The notes beneath the pieces are model-generated. The model was not told the origin of the DNA. It saw only the letters and a list, made by a program, of their open reading frames with translations, and did not search any database. The translations under genes and the position numbers were made by a program. Shown piece by piece: positions 1 through 10,088 of a stretch of 64,000 bases of DNA. This DNA is from an uncultured Actinomycetes bacterium (lineage in GTDB: Bacteria > Actinomycetota > UBA4738 > HRBIN12): positions 146,719-210,718 of the forward strand of contig CAWKKN010000007.1 in the NCBI GenBank assembly GCA_963850315.1, written 5' to 3'. The first letter of the stretch is position 1. Each line of letters opens with the position of its first letter.

Positions 1-1343
1 CTGAAACCGTGCGGACCCTGGTTGAGCCGCGCGCTCAGCCCGGCCGGCGTCACGACGGCCACGGCTGTGAGCGCGAGGATCGCCAGGAACGGGACGAGCA
101 CGCCGATCGCGGAGATCTTCACCTCTCTCGCCCCGATCTTCTTCCCGAGGTACTCGGGGGTACGCCCGACCATGAGGCCGCCGATGAAGACGGCGATGAT
201 GACGTAGAAGATCATCCCGTAGAGTCCGCTGCCCACACCGCCCCACACGACCTCGCCGATCGCGATATTGAAGATCGGGAACACCATCCCGAACGGCTTG
301 TAGCTGTCGTGCATCGAGTTCACGCTGCCGTTCGAGGCGGCGGTCGTGGCGACCGCCCACAACGAGGACTGGTCGGTGCCGTAGCGCACCTCTTTGCCTT
401 CCATGTTCGGCGCGGAGGCCGAAACGCCCGCCGTCTGCATCGCCTGCGACGCCGAGTGCTCCTGCGGCACGGTCGCCCACAGTCCGGCCAGGAACAGCAC
501 CATCATCGCCGCGAAGAGCGCCCAGCCCTGCCGCACGTTGCCAACGAGCTTCCCGAACGTGAACGTGAGAGCCGCCGGGATCGCGAGGATCGCGAGCAGC
601 TCGAGGAAGTTCCCGAAGGGACCCGCCCCCTCGAACGGATGGGCGGAGTTCACGTTGAAGAACCCGCCCCCGTTCGTGCCGAGCTGCTTGATCGAGATCT
701 GCGAAGCGACGGGTCCGCGCGCGATCGTCTGCGCGAAGCCCTGGATGCCGTGGGCGACCGCGGACGTGCCCAGGGTCTGCGGGACCCCCTGCGTGATGAG
801 CAGGATCGAGACCACCGCAGCGAGGGGCATGAGGATGTAGACGACGGTGCGCACCATGTCGCGCCAGAAGTTGCCGAGCTCCTTCGTCTTCGAACGCATG
901 AACCCGCGGATCAGCGCGATCAGGACAGCCATCCCGACGGCCGCCGAGACGAAGTTCTGGAACGTGAGGGCGAGCATCTGGGTCAGGTAGCTCATCGTGG
1001 TCTCGCCGCCGTAGGCCTGCCAGTTCGTGTTGGTGGTGAAGCTCGTCGCGGTGTTGAACGAAACCTGCCCGTTCACACCGGCGAGGGCCAACGGGTTCAG
1101 CGGCAGGTGCGCCTGGAACCGGAGGATGAAGTAGTCGAGCAAGGTCGCGAAGAGGCTGAACCACAGCACGCACGCCGCGTAGCGCCGCCACGTCTGCTCC
1201 GCCATCGGATCGACGCCGATGATCCGGTAGATCACGCCCTCGACGCGCCCGACCTTCTCCGACTGGTACACCCGGTACATGAAGTAGCCGAGGGGCGGCG
1301 TCAGCAGCGTCAGCAGAACGACGTAGACGACGATGGTGACCAT
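1..1343 (-). CDS. kdpA: K+-transporting ATPase subunit A (3' part runs off the window)
   Basis: Manual translation MVTIVVYVVLLTLLTPPLGYFMYRVY...SFNTATSFTTNTNWQAYGGETTMSYLTQM, the KdpA pore-loop signature; absent from the ORF track because there is no stop in the window. Confidence 0.95.
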   Translation of the reverse strand, partial: MVTIVVYVVLLTLLTPPLGYFMYRVYQSEKVGRVEGVIYRIIGVDPMAEQTWRRYAACVLWFSLFATLLDYFILRFQAHLPLNPLALAGVNGQVSFNTATSFTTNTNWQAYGGETTMSYLTQMLALTFQNFVSAAVGMAVLIALIRGFMRSKTKELGNFWRDMVRTVVYILMPLAAVVSILLITQGVPQTLGTSAVAHGIQGFAQTIARGPVASQISIKQLGTNGGGFFNVNSAHPFEGAGPFGNFLELLAILAIPAALTFTFGKLVGNVRQGWALFAAMMVLFLAGLWATVPQEHSASQAMQTAGVSASAPNMEGKEVRYGTDQSSLWAVATTAASNGSVNSMHDSYKPFGMVFPIFNIAIGEVVWGGVGSGLYGMIFYVIIAVFIGGLMVGRTPEYLGKKIGAREVKISAIGVLVPFLAILALTAVAVVTPAGLSARLNQGPHGF

Positions 1344-1344
1344 G

Positions 1345-1434
1345 TCAGAACTTCTCCGGTCGGACGAGGGCGACGACGAGGTAGGCGAGCAGGCCCACGG
1401 CCACGATCAATTCGAGGATGTCGGAGATCTTCAT
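1345..1434 (-). CDS. kdpF: K+-transporting ATPase subunit F (29 aa)
   Basis: MKISDILELIVAVGLLAYLVVALVRPEKF*, typical YL..AL.RPEKF C-terminus; stop is 1 nt before the kdpA ATG. Confidence 0.88.
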   Translation of the reverse strand: MKISDILELIVAVGLLAYLVVALVRPEKF

Positions 1435-1448
1435 CGGGGGCTCCCTAC

Positions 1449-1538
1449 CTAGATCCAGTCGAGCCAGGCGGCGAATGCCGCCATCAACGCGAACACGACC
1501 ACGATGCTCAACACCATCAGGACGTCGAACACATGCAT
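1449..1538 (-). CDS. Small single-TM hydrophobic peptide upstream of kdpF
   Basis: MHVFDVLMVLSIVVVFALMAAFAAWLDWI*; purine-rich GAAGAAGGG upstream (start may be GTG at 1532); co-oriented with kdpFA. Confidence 0.6.
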   Translation of the reverse strand: MHVFDVLMVLSIVVVFALMAAFAAWLDWI

Positions 1539-1631
1539 CCCTTCTTCGAGCCGAGCGTTACGCCAACCGTCATGGCTTCAGCCTAGGAGGGCGACCTAAG
1601 GAACCCGTAAGCGTTCGAGCCGGCACCCTAT

Positions 1632-1681
1632 GGACTCCATGAGTGCCGGGATCCGGGGACTCCATGAGTGCCGGGATCCGG
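1632..1681. repeat. Perfect 2 x 25 bp tandem duplication
   Basis: GGACTCCATGAGTGCCGGGATCCGG at 1632-1656 and 1657-1681. Confidence 0.95.
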
Positions 1682-1682
1682 C

Positions 1683-3066
1683 TCAGCGGCCGGGGGCGAT
1701 CACCTGATCACTGAGGCGGTCGTACCGCACACGGACGTCGGCGACGTCGTTCGCCTCCGAGATGGCCTCCTCGGACGCACGCATGACCATGTCGGCCTGA
1801 CGGAGGAGCGCTTCCCGTTGTTCCGGGGCCGTCGTGTGGGCGAGGATCCTTCCGAAGCACTCCATCAGCCGGATGGCCACCGCGGGCATCGTGCGGCCGG
1901 CCTGACGGATCTTGTCGAAGGACCGGTTCACCATCCGCGCGAAGTCGGGGCTGGGCTCGATCAGCCTGACCTGTCCCTGGCGATCGAGGTACAGCCCCTC
2001 GGTGGAGCCTCGTCCTGCGGCCCTCGTCATCCCATCGGAGAGCCAGTCGATGCAGGTGAGCGCCGAGAACGTGTCGTTCACCGCGGGCGACAGGGCCCGG
2101 ATCGCGATCTCGACCAGCTGGTCGATCGCGAAGATCGGATCCTGCAGCAGGGTGCGCTGCGCCCCCGTGATGTGGGCGGCCGCGAGTCGCCCGGCCACGA
2201 GCGGCGCGGCGCCTCCCGGCCATACCGTCGCCAGGGGACTGCCGGCCAGGACGAAGTGGCCGGGCCGGTACGTGAGCCTGATCACGCCGTCGGCGTCGGA
2301 GGCGATCGCGACCAACTCGTCGCGCCCGACGAACTGCAGGTAGCCGCTCGAGGGGGCCGGGACCGGGAACCCCCTCGTCGTCGAGGCGCGCGACCAGTTC
2401 TGGCAGGGAAGGTCGCAGGGTTCGCGACACCGTTGCGAGTGCTTCGTCGCCGGCGGGAAGGTACTCGTCGATCGCATCGTTCAGGTCGCGGGCGATGGAG
2501 GCGATCACCTCCGGCAGCTGGATCGACTTGGCGATGTGGTGGATGAAGTAGATCAGCACCCCGAGATCACCCAGGACCAGCGTCAGGGCCACGGTGATCG
2601 AGATGTGGGGGACGAACGCGGTCCGGATGGAGCCGAGCGCCAGGATCGCGTAGACGAACGTCGCCACGAAGAAGCCGAGCGTGAGCTGGGTACCCAGGTC
2701 GCGGACGAAGTTCCGCAGCATCCTCGGTCCGAACTGCTGCGAGGCGAGCGTCAGGGCCAGGATGGTGATCGAGAAGACCACCCCGATGACCGTAATCACG
2801 GCAGCCGCGATGGCGATCAGGATCTGGCGGCCGGCGTCCGGGCTGGCCGCCGCCTCCAGCCAGGAGGGCACAGCAACGCTACCGCTGTTGGCCGCTCGGT
2901 CGAGCGCGTAGGTGACCAGGAAGAGCGCGAAGACACCGGCGACGAGCACCGCGGGCATCAGCCACAGGGTGGTGCGGAGCGAATCGCGCCGCCAGCTCGG
3001 GAGCAATCGACGTCGGCCGGCCTTGATGGCCCGCGCGGTGGGGCGAGCAGAGTCGGGTTGCGTCAT
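1683..3066 (-). pseudogene. DUF2254-like predicted membrane protein, split by a +1 frameshift (possibly a sequencing error)
   Basis: N-part (ASQQFGPRMLRNF, FFVATFVYA) in ORF 1708..3072, C-part (GYLQFV, QDPIFAIDQLVEIAIRALSPAVNDTFSA) in ORF 1683..2477; removing one base from the 5-C run at 2370-2374 joins DEG|FPVPAPSSGYLQ. Confidence 0.75.
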
Positions 3067-3162
3067 GGACACCTCACAAGCAGCACGATGCTGCTGCCGA
3101 CCAGACTTCCCGGCTCACCACCATTGAGCATAGCCCGGAGCGCCCGCGCGTATGCTCGGCTC

Positions 3163-4711
3163 GTGTTCGGTCGGATCAACGCTCGGGATGCTGACGCCGG
3201 TTCGGGGCACCGGCTGGAGTTCATCACGCGCCTCGGGCGCACGGAGCCGCACCTGCGTGGCGCGGGCTACGCGATCGCGATCGCGGGGACCGCGCTGCTC
3301 ACACTGGCGCTCCTGCCGTTCCGCAACGATCTCACGCCGCTCAGCAAGGGGTTCGGCTTCCTCTGCGTCGTCGTGGCCGCCGCCGCGGTGGGCGGCCTCG
3401 CTCCCGGGGTCGTCGCTTCGTTCCTGGGCTTCTTGACGTTCAACTATCTTCTTCCTCCCACCCTACGGCACGTTCACGATCGGGCGTCCGGAGTTCGTCG
3501 TCGTGTTGTTCGTGTTCCTCGGCCTGTCCGTAGTGATCTCCGAGCTCCTCGCCCGCGCGAACGAACGGGCTCATGCCGCCCAGCTCCGCGAGGCGGAGCT
3601 GACGACGATCCAGGCACTCAGCCGCGAGCTCACGCTTCGCGTCCCGGGACCCGAGACCTACCGGGCGGCGCTGGGTCGGCTCTGCGACGTCTTCGGCTTT
3701 TCCGCGGCCACCCTGTTCATCGAGTCCACGGGCGACGCCCAGGGCCTCACGGAGCACGTAACGGTCGGCGACACGGACCGGCCGCTCGAGGTTTCCTGGG
3801 ATCCGCAGAGCGACGAACAGCCGCCGGAGCGGCTTCCCCTGTCGGTGGGCGGACGACTCCTCGGCATGATCGTGCTCAAGGGGGACCGTCCACCGGTCTC
3901 CCCCGCCGAGAGCCGCGTCCTGCGTTCGTTCTGCGATCAGGTCGCACTGGTCCTGGAGCGCGACCGGCTGCTCAGGTCAGCCACGGAGGCGGAGATCTAC
4001 CGCCAGACGGAGTCGAGCCGGCGGGCGCTTCTGGCCGCGGTCTCTCACGATCTGCGGAGCCCGCTGGCCGCCATCAAGGCCTCGGCCACGGATCTGCTGG
4101 ACGAGGAGGGCGGCACCAGGGAGGAGGACCGGCGCGAGGCCCTTCGGGCGATCGACGCCGAAACGGACCGGCTGAACGATCTCATCGCCAACCTCCTCGA
4201 CATCTCGCGGATCGAAGGCGGCTTGCTACGCGCGAAGGTGGAGACGGTCGATCTGACAGAGATCGTCGCCGGGTGCGTCAACCGCGCCCGCCGCCAACAG
4301 CCTGACCTTGAGATCGACGTGCAGATCGCCGAGGACGCCACGTTGGTGAAGGGCGATGCCGTCTTCTTGGACCGGGTCGTGACGAATCTGCTGGACAATG
4401 CCGCCAAGGCCGCCAACGAGTCCGGCGACCAGCGGATCCGCGTCGAGGCGAAACGCACGCCCGATGCCGTCATGCTCCGCGTCATCGACCACGGCAAGGG
4501 GCTGCCCAGGGCCGCCGCGCGCGAGCAGCTCTTCTATCCCTTCTATCACCTCGACGAGCGGAACCCCCGTTTGGGAGCGGGCCTCGGGCTCGCGATCTGC
4601 AAGGGGTTCGTCTCCCTGATGGGCGGGGAGATCTGGGTCGAGGACACGGCGGGTGGAGGGGCCACCTTCGCGCTCACCTTGCCGCTGGTGCACGGCCAGA
4701 GCGCACGGTGA
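3163..4711 (+). CDS. KdpD-type sensor kinase, C-terminal half only (DUF4118-like TMs + GAF-like + HisKA + HATPase); +1 frameshift near 3448
   Basis: FLTFNY|FFLPPYGTFTI junction; H-box SHDLRSPLAAI, N-box NLLDNA, G-boxes DHGKG/GLGLAIC; TATGCT 3151-3156 then GTG 3163 suggests a leaderless start; coupled to a kdpE-like regulator. Confidence 0.8.
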
Positions 4712-5439
4712 AGAAGACCCGCATCCTCATCGTGGACGATGAGCCGGCGATCCGCCGCGCCCTGTCCCGGGCGCTCGTCGCCCGTGACTACCAGGTGGAG
4801 ATGGCGATCGACGGCGAGGAGGCGCTCGCCCTCGCTCACTCGTGGGACCCCGACCTCGTCGTGCTGGACCTGAACCTCCCGGACGTGGACGGGATCACCG
4901 TATGCCGGAGGCTGCGCACGTGGTCCGACGTCCCGATCATCGTGCTGTCCGTCAGGGAGGACGAGTCGGACAAGGTCGAGGCGCTGGATGCGGGGGCCGA
5001 GGACTACCTCACGAAGCCCTTCGGCGTCGACGAGCTCCTCGCGCGCGTGCGCGTGCAGCTGCGCCGCACCGAGGCCAGCGAGGTTCGGTCCGCGCCGAAG
5101 TTCGCATCCGAAGGGATCCTGATCGACCTCGACGCACACCAGGTCACCCGGGACGACGAAGGGGTGCGGCTCACCAAGACCGAGTGGGCCCTGCTCGAGA
5201 CCCTTGCCACCCACCCTGGGAAGCTGCTCACGCACAACTGGCTGCTCGAGCGCGTCTGGGGTCCCGGCTACGGCGACGACCTCGACGTCCTTCGGGTCTT
5301 CGTGAGTCAGCTCCGCCACAAAGTCGAACGCGACCCGACCAGGCCCTGCATCATCCTGACGGAGCCCGGTGTTGGCTACCGGTGGGCGCTGCAGCCGGTG
5401 AGCGCGGAAGGGTCCGGCGCCGGCGGGGGGCGCGGCTAA
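4708..5439 (+). CDS. kdpE: KdpE-type OmpR-family response regulator
   Basis: ILIVDDE, VVLDLNLPD, ALDAGAEDYLTKPFG, LRVFVSQLRHKVERDP..ILTEPGVGYR; GTGA overlap with the kinase; kdp context. Confidence 0.85.
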   Translation: MKKTRILIVDDEPAIRRALSRALVARDYQVEMAIDGEEALALAHSWDPDLVVLDLNLPDVDGITVCRRLRTWSDVPIIVLSVREDESDKVEALDAGAEDYLTKPFGVDELLARVRVQLRRTEASEVRSAPKFASEGILIDLDAHQVTRDDEGVRLTKTEWALLETLATHPGKLLTHNWLLERVWGPGYGDDLDVLRVFVSQLRHKVERDPTRPCIILTEPGVGYRWALQPVSAEGSGAGGGRG

Positions 5440-5792
5440 CCGGCGAACTCGAGCTGCGGGTTCACGATCCGTCGTACGCCGCGTTGCTCGCCGATGACGC
5501 CCTGCACGATCACGCGGGTCCCCAGCGACAGGCCCTGGATGTTGCGCCGCCCCATGAAGACGACGCTCACCTCACCCGTGCCGTCCGTCACGGTCGCCTC
5601 GAGCGATCGGATGCCCTCGATCGGCAGGACGCTGATCCGGCGCACGATCCCCGCCAGCCGTACGTGCGTGCGGTCGGGCGCGAGGGCGATGCGCTGTGTA
5701 TCGGGAACCGACGAGGACCAGGACTCGATGGTGGCGAGCAAGCGCGACTCATCCTTCTTCGAGACCCTCCCGAAGAACCCCCGAAGCCCCAA
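5436..5792 (-). CDS. OB-fold nucleic-acid-binding domain protein (Rv2694c-like)
   Basis: LEATVTDGTGEVSVVFMGRRNIQGLSLGTRVIVQG...IVNPQLE pattern. Confidence 0.75.
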   Translation of the reverse strand: MGLRGFFGRVSKKDESRLLATIESWSSSVPDTQRIALAPDRTHVRLAGIVRRISVLPIEGIRSLEATVTDGTGEVSVVFMGRRNIQGLSLGTRVIVQGVIGEQRGVRRIVNPQLEFAG

Positions 5793-5822
5793 CTGCCCTC
5801 CTCGCCACCGCCCGACGCCGGT

Positions 5823-8069
5823 TCAGGCGTTGGCCCGTTTGATGTCGTCGCTCAGCGCGGATCCCCGAGACTTCGACACGTAGATCGCGGCGGCGAGCAC
5901 GCCCGCCGTCAACAGCACGATGGCGACACGAAGGGCGTTGTCGTTCGCGTGCGTCACGACGAGCGGCGCGATGAGCAGGGCGACGAGGTTCATGACCTTG
6001 ATGAGCGGGTTGAGGGCGGGCCCGGCGGTGTCCTTGAAGGGGTCGCCGACGGTGTCGCCGATCACGGCCGCCTTGTGGCTCTCGGAGCCCTTGCCGCCAT
6101 AGTGGCCCTCCTCGACGTACTTCTTGGCGTTGTCCCACGCCCCGCCCGCGTTGGACATGTAGACCGCCAGCAGCTGCCCCGTGAGGATGGCGCCGGCCAG
6201 GAACCCGCCGAGGGCCTCGCCCCTCAGGAAGAACCCGGCGAAGATCGGGGAAAGCACCGCGAGCAGGCCCGGCGTCATGAGCTCGCGCAACGAGGTCTTC
6301 GTGCAGATGTCGACGACGGCCCCGTAGTCCGGCTTCTCGGTGTAGTCCATGATCCCTGGGTGGAGGCGGAACTGGTTCCGCACCTCCACGACCACCTGCG
6401 ACGCCGCGCGCCCGACCGCGCGGATCGCGAGCGAGGAGAACAGGAACGGCACGGAGCCGCCGATCAGCAAACCGACCAGCACGTCCGGCCGGTCGATCCG
6501 GATCCCCAGGAAGTTGAAGCCGGCGCCGCGCAGCGCCTCCTCGAAGGACCCGAACAACGAGGTGGCCGCGAGGACCGCCGTGGCGATCGCCATGCCCTTC
6601 GTGATGGCCTTCGTGGAGTTGCCGACGGCGTCGAGCCCGGTGAGGATCTCCGCGGGCCGTCCCTCGAACTCGCCCGACATCTCGGCGATGCCCTGCGCGT
6701 TGTCGGAGATGGGACCGTACGTGTCCATAGACACGACGACGCCCACCGTCGTGAGCATCCCCATCCCCGCGAGGGAGATGAAGTAGAGGCGCTCGGCCGT
6801 GGACGTACCCAGGTAGTACGCCGCCACGATGGCCCCCGCCAGGATCAGCGCCGAGTAGACGGTGGACTCCATCCCGATCGAGATGCCCGCCAGGATCGTT
6901 GTGGCCGGCCCGGTGACGGTGGCCTCCGCGATCTCCTGCACCGGCTTGTACTTCGTATCGGTGAAGTACTGCGTGACGACCTGGATCACGGCGGCGAGCA
7001 CGAGGCCGATGGAAACCGCGATGGCGGGCTTGAAGCTGTCCATGTACAGCTTCGAGATCACGAACGCGGCGGCGGCGGAGATGAACGCCGAGACGAAGAA
7101 CCCGCGGTTGATCGCCTTCATGCCCGACTCGTTCTCGGTGCGCGGCGTGACGGCCAGGATGCCGATGATGGACGTCCCGACGCCTACCGCCCGGATGAAC
7201 AGCGGGAACATCACCCCGATGATGGCGCCCTTCGGCGATCCGGCGTACGCGGCCGCGCCCAGGATCAGGGACGCGATGAGCGTGACCTCGGCGGACTCGA
7301 ACAGGTCGGCGGCCATGCCGGCGCAGTCGCCCACGTTGTCCCCGACGTTGTCGGCGATCGTGGCGGGGTTCCTCGGGTCGTCCTCGGGGATCCCCTGTTC
7401 CACCTTGCCGACGAGGTCGGCGCCGACGTCGGCGGCCTTCGTGAAGATGCCGCCACCCACACGCATGAACATCGCCAGGAGCGCGCCGCCGAAGCCGAAG
7501 CCCACCAGCACGCCGGTGGCGTCCCGTCCGTAGATGATGATGATCGCGGTTGCGCCGAAGAGGCCCAGTCCTACGGTGAACATCCCTGCGACCCCGCCCG
7601 CGCGGAACGCCAGCCGCACGGCGGCGCGCAGTCCCGACTCGCGCGCCGCGTTGGCGGTGCGGACGTTCGCCCGCACCGCGAGCCACATCCCCACGTACCC
7701 GGTGAGCGCCGAGAACCCGGCGCCGAGGATGAAGGCGATCGAGCGGCCGAACCGGATCGAGAACGCCGAGTGCACGGCCTCCTTCGACACCGGCAGGATG
7801 AAGAACAGCGCTACGCCGATCACCGCCACGAATACAGCGAGCGTCCGGAACTGGCGGGAGAGGTAGGCGGAGGCCCCCTCTTGGATCGCTTTGGCGATCT
7901 CCTTCATCTTGTCCGTGCCCTCCGACGCGCGCAGCACCTCGCGGACGAGGTAGTACGCGAACACGAGCGCCACGAGCGAGATCCCGAGGATCACCCACAG
8001 CGCGGTCTTGTCGGACGAGGAGAAGAGGACCCGCAGGGATCCAGCTTCTTGGGCAAGGACACCGAACAT
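5823..8069 (-). CDS. hppA: Membrane-bound pyrophosphatase, predicted K+-independent H+-PPase
   Basis: [30 protein letters not shown] motifs; GNSTKA has Lys at the K+-dependence position; RBS AGGAGG; TATACT -10 at 8133-8138. Confidence 0.93.
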   Translation of the reverse strand: MFGVLAQEAGSLRVLFSSSDKTALWVILGISLVALVFAYYLVREVLRASEGTDKMKEIAKAIQEGASAYLSRQFRTLAVFVAVIGVALFFILPVSKEAVHSAFSIRFGRSIAFILGAGFSALTGYVGMWLAVRANVRTANAARESGLRAAVRLAFRAGGVAGMFTVGLGLFGATAIIIIYGRDATGVLVGFGFGGALLAMFMRVGGGIFTKAADVGADLVGKVEQGIPEDDPRNPATIADNVGDNVGDCAGMAADLFESAEVTLIASLILGAAAYAGSPKGAIIGVMFPLFIRAVGVGTSIIGILAVTPRTENESGMKAINRGFFVSAFISAAAAFVISKLYMDSFKPAIAVSIGLVLAAVIQVVTQYFTDTKYKPVQEIAEATVTGPATTILAGISIGMESTVYSALILAGAIVAAYYLGTSTAERLYFISLAGMGMLTTVGVVVSMDTYGPISDNAQGIAEMSGEFEGRPAEILTGLDAVGNSTKAITKGMAIATAVLAATSLFGSFEEALRGAGFNFLGIRIDRPDVLVGLLIGGSVPFLFSSLAIRAVGRAASQVVVEVRNQFRLHPGIMDYTEKPDYGAVVDICTKTSLRELMTPGLLAVLSPIFAGFFLRGEALGGFLAGAILTGQLLAVYMSNAGGAWDNAKKYVEEGHYGGKGSESHKAAVIGDTVGDPFKDTAGPALNPLIKVMNLVALLIAPLVVTHANDNALRVAIVLLTAGVLAAAIYVSKSRGSALSDDIKRANA

Positions 8070-8187
8070 CGAGCCTCCTGTTGTGTGGAGTCGGTCGCTT
8101 CGACCCGCCGAAAGGGCCGCGAGAACGCGGGCAGTATAGGGAAACGGCCTACGCCTGACCTGCGAAGTCGTGCCTGCGAGGACCGCC

Positions 8188-9972
8188 TCAGTGGACGGTG
8201 TAGACCCAGACGCCTCCGGTCGAGACCGGGCTGGAGCCAGTCGACGCCCTCAGCAACGGGCCCCACTGCAGGAGGCTCGGCAGCACCACCACGATGTGAG
8301 TGACACCGTGGTCCTTCAACCACGCGTGCAGCCCGGTCGAGGTGACACCGAACAACGCCCCTGTGCGCAGCGAGCTCCACACCGCGTCGTGCGCGAACTC
8401 CGGTGGCTCGGGCCCGGTGTATCCCTGCGGCATGCGGAACCCGTAGCCGGTCATCTCCTGCCACAACATCTCCTGGCCGATGAAGTGGCGGCCGGACTGC
8501 TTCACGATGAGGATCGTGGAGCCCTTCGGCACGATCCCCCGCCAGGCGCCGTCCGCGAAGAAGGCGGGGCCCGACGCGGGCTGGTGGAGCGGGGACTGCC
8601 ACTGGTTGGGGTAGACCAGCACCAGGGAGAGCGCCACCGCCATCCAGGCGAACCAGGCGCCGCTGTCCGAGCGGGATATCGCGAGCCAGCGCGCCACGAT
8701 GACGGCGATCGCGAGCCAGACGTAGAGCGTGAAGCGCTGCGTGAGGGCGTTGCCGATCAGCGGCAATCGGCTCAGGAGCGCCCACGGCATCGCCGAGAAG
8801 ACGGAGTGACCGTTCACGCGCAGCACGGCGCCCATCGCGAGCACGGCGGCGACGGCGACGAAGGCGAAGAGCAACAGCGTGGTGCGGTCGCGCCGGCCCC
8901 GGATCAGCGCGAGGGCGAGGATCAGCAGCAGCACGGGCGAGAGATAGGCGCCGTCCTCGCTGGCGTTCGCGGTGAAATGGGCGGTGGTGCTCCTCAGTTG
9001 ATGGCCCCCGAACGTCATGATGGTTCGGGGCATGAACCAGCCGAGGGCGTCGATCGACGAGCCGTTGTTCAGGCCGCGCACGGGCTGGGACGGGATCCCG
9101 TGCGAGGCGTACCACAGGTACGGTGCGGTCACGACCGCCATGAGCAGCCCGGCCACGAGGATCGCCGGCAGCGCCTTGCGCAGCTGTGGCCGGATCTGCC
9201 GGGCGAACACGTAGGCGCCCGCGAACGCCAGGGCGCCGAACATCGCGAAGGTCGCGAAGACCTCCGTGGTGGTGGACAGCAACAGGACGAAGCACAACGC
9301 CGTCAACAAGGTGTAGGCGCGTCGGGAGATGCCACCGCGCACGAACCGCACGGTGAGGTACACGGCGAGCGGCACCGGGAAGATCAGGACGAGGTTCAGG
9401 TGGCCGCGCATCTGCGCCGCCATGTAGGTGGAGAAGCCGAAGACCAGCCCGCCCCCCACCGCCGGCCAGAACCGCTGCGTCACTTCCTTGCAGAGCAGGT
9501 AGGCGGCCCAGGAGGCGAGCGCCGGCGCCAGCACCAGCAGGACGTTGAGGGCGACGACCGGGCCGAACAGGGCGGTGACGGGCCACGCCACGAGCGAGGG
9601 CCCCGGCATCCCGGTGACCCACGCCATGTTGACACCGGTGGGAGCCCACACGACGGTGGGATGCATCGGGTTGAGACCGCTCGTGATGGCGTGGGGCCAC
9701 CACCCGAGGACCCAGGTGTAGAGGCGTGCGTCGCTGCCGCCCAGGCCCAGGTAGTGGCTCCCGAACGTGCCGAGGATCGGGAGCGCGTACGTGAGGAACG
9801 AGGCCAGGAGGAAGCCGGCGAACACGAGCCAGCCCCGGCCCACCGGCCCGAGGGTCCCGCGGCGCTGGGCCGGTCTCTGGTCGGCGGCGTCCTCACCACC
9901 GTCCGCAACGGTGACGACACCGCCGTCGAGGTTCGAAGGAGCCGGGCCAGAGGCCAGGGAAGGATCGGTCAC
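8188..9972 (-). CDS. Polytopic membrane protein, probable GT-C-fold glycosyltransferase
   Basis: Many TM helices; acidic residue in first external loop (GGSDARLYTW); GFSTY..A...H motif; soluble C-terminal domain; next to an LCP gene. Confidence 0.6.
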   Translation of the reverse strand: MTDPSLASGPAPSNLDGGVVTVADGGEDAADQRPAQRRGTLGPVGRGWLVFAGFLLASFLTYALPILGTFGSHYLGLGGSDARLYTWVLGWWPHAITSGLNPMHPTVVWAPTGVNMAWVTGMPGPSLVAWPVTALFGPVVALNVLLVLAPALASWAAYLLCKEVTQRFWPAVGGGLVFGFSTYMAAQMRGHLNLVLIFPVPLAVYLTVRFVRGGISRRAYTLLTALCFVLLLSTTTEVFATFAMFGALAFAGAYVFARQIRPQLRKALPAILVAGLLMAVVTAPYLWYASHGIPSQPVRGLNNGSSIDALGWFMPRTIMTFGGHQLRSTTAHFTANASEDGAYLSPVLLLILALALIRGRRDRTTLLLFAFVAVAAVLAMGAVLRVNGHSVFSAMPWALLSRLPLIGNALTQRFTLYVWLAIAVIVARWLAISRSDSGAWFAWMAVALSLVLVYPNQWQSPLHQPASGPAFFADGAWRGIVPKGSTILIVKQSGRHFIGQEMLWQEMTGYGFRMPQGYTGPEPPEFAHDAVWSSLRTGALFGVTSTGLHAWLKDHGVTHIVVVLPSLLQWGPLLRASTGSSPVSTGGVWVYTVH

Positions 9973-10088
9973 GGCCCATCACCCTCTCATCCGATGCCCG
10001 GGACCACAACCCCGCGAACCGCCGTCACGGAAGCACCACATCCGGGCGTTGGCGACCTTCGCAGACGCCGGGTACGCTCGACGACGCT

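Noticed and set aside
8070-8132. Possible riboswitch in the hppA 5' leader
   Set aside because: Only ~55 nt, with no recognisable fluoride or c-di-AMP consensus
9-8303. Long plus-strand ORFs 9..1586 and 4842..8303, and many similar Arg/Pro/Gly-rich ORFs across the window
   Set aside because: Antisense or alternate-frame shadows of real genes; stops are rare at this GC content and they carry no family motifs
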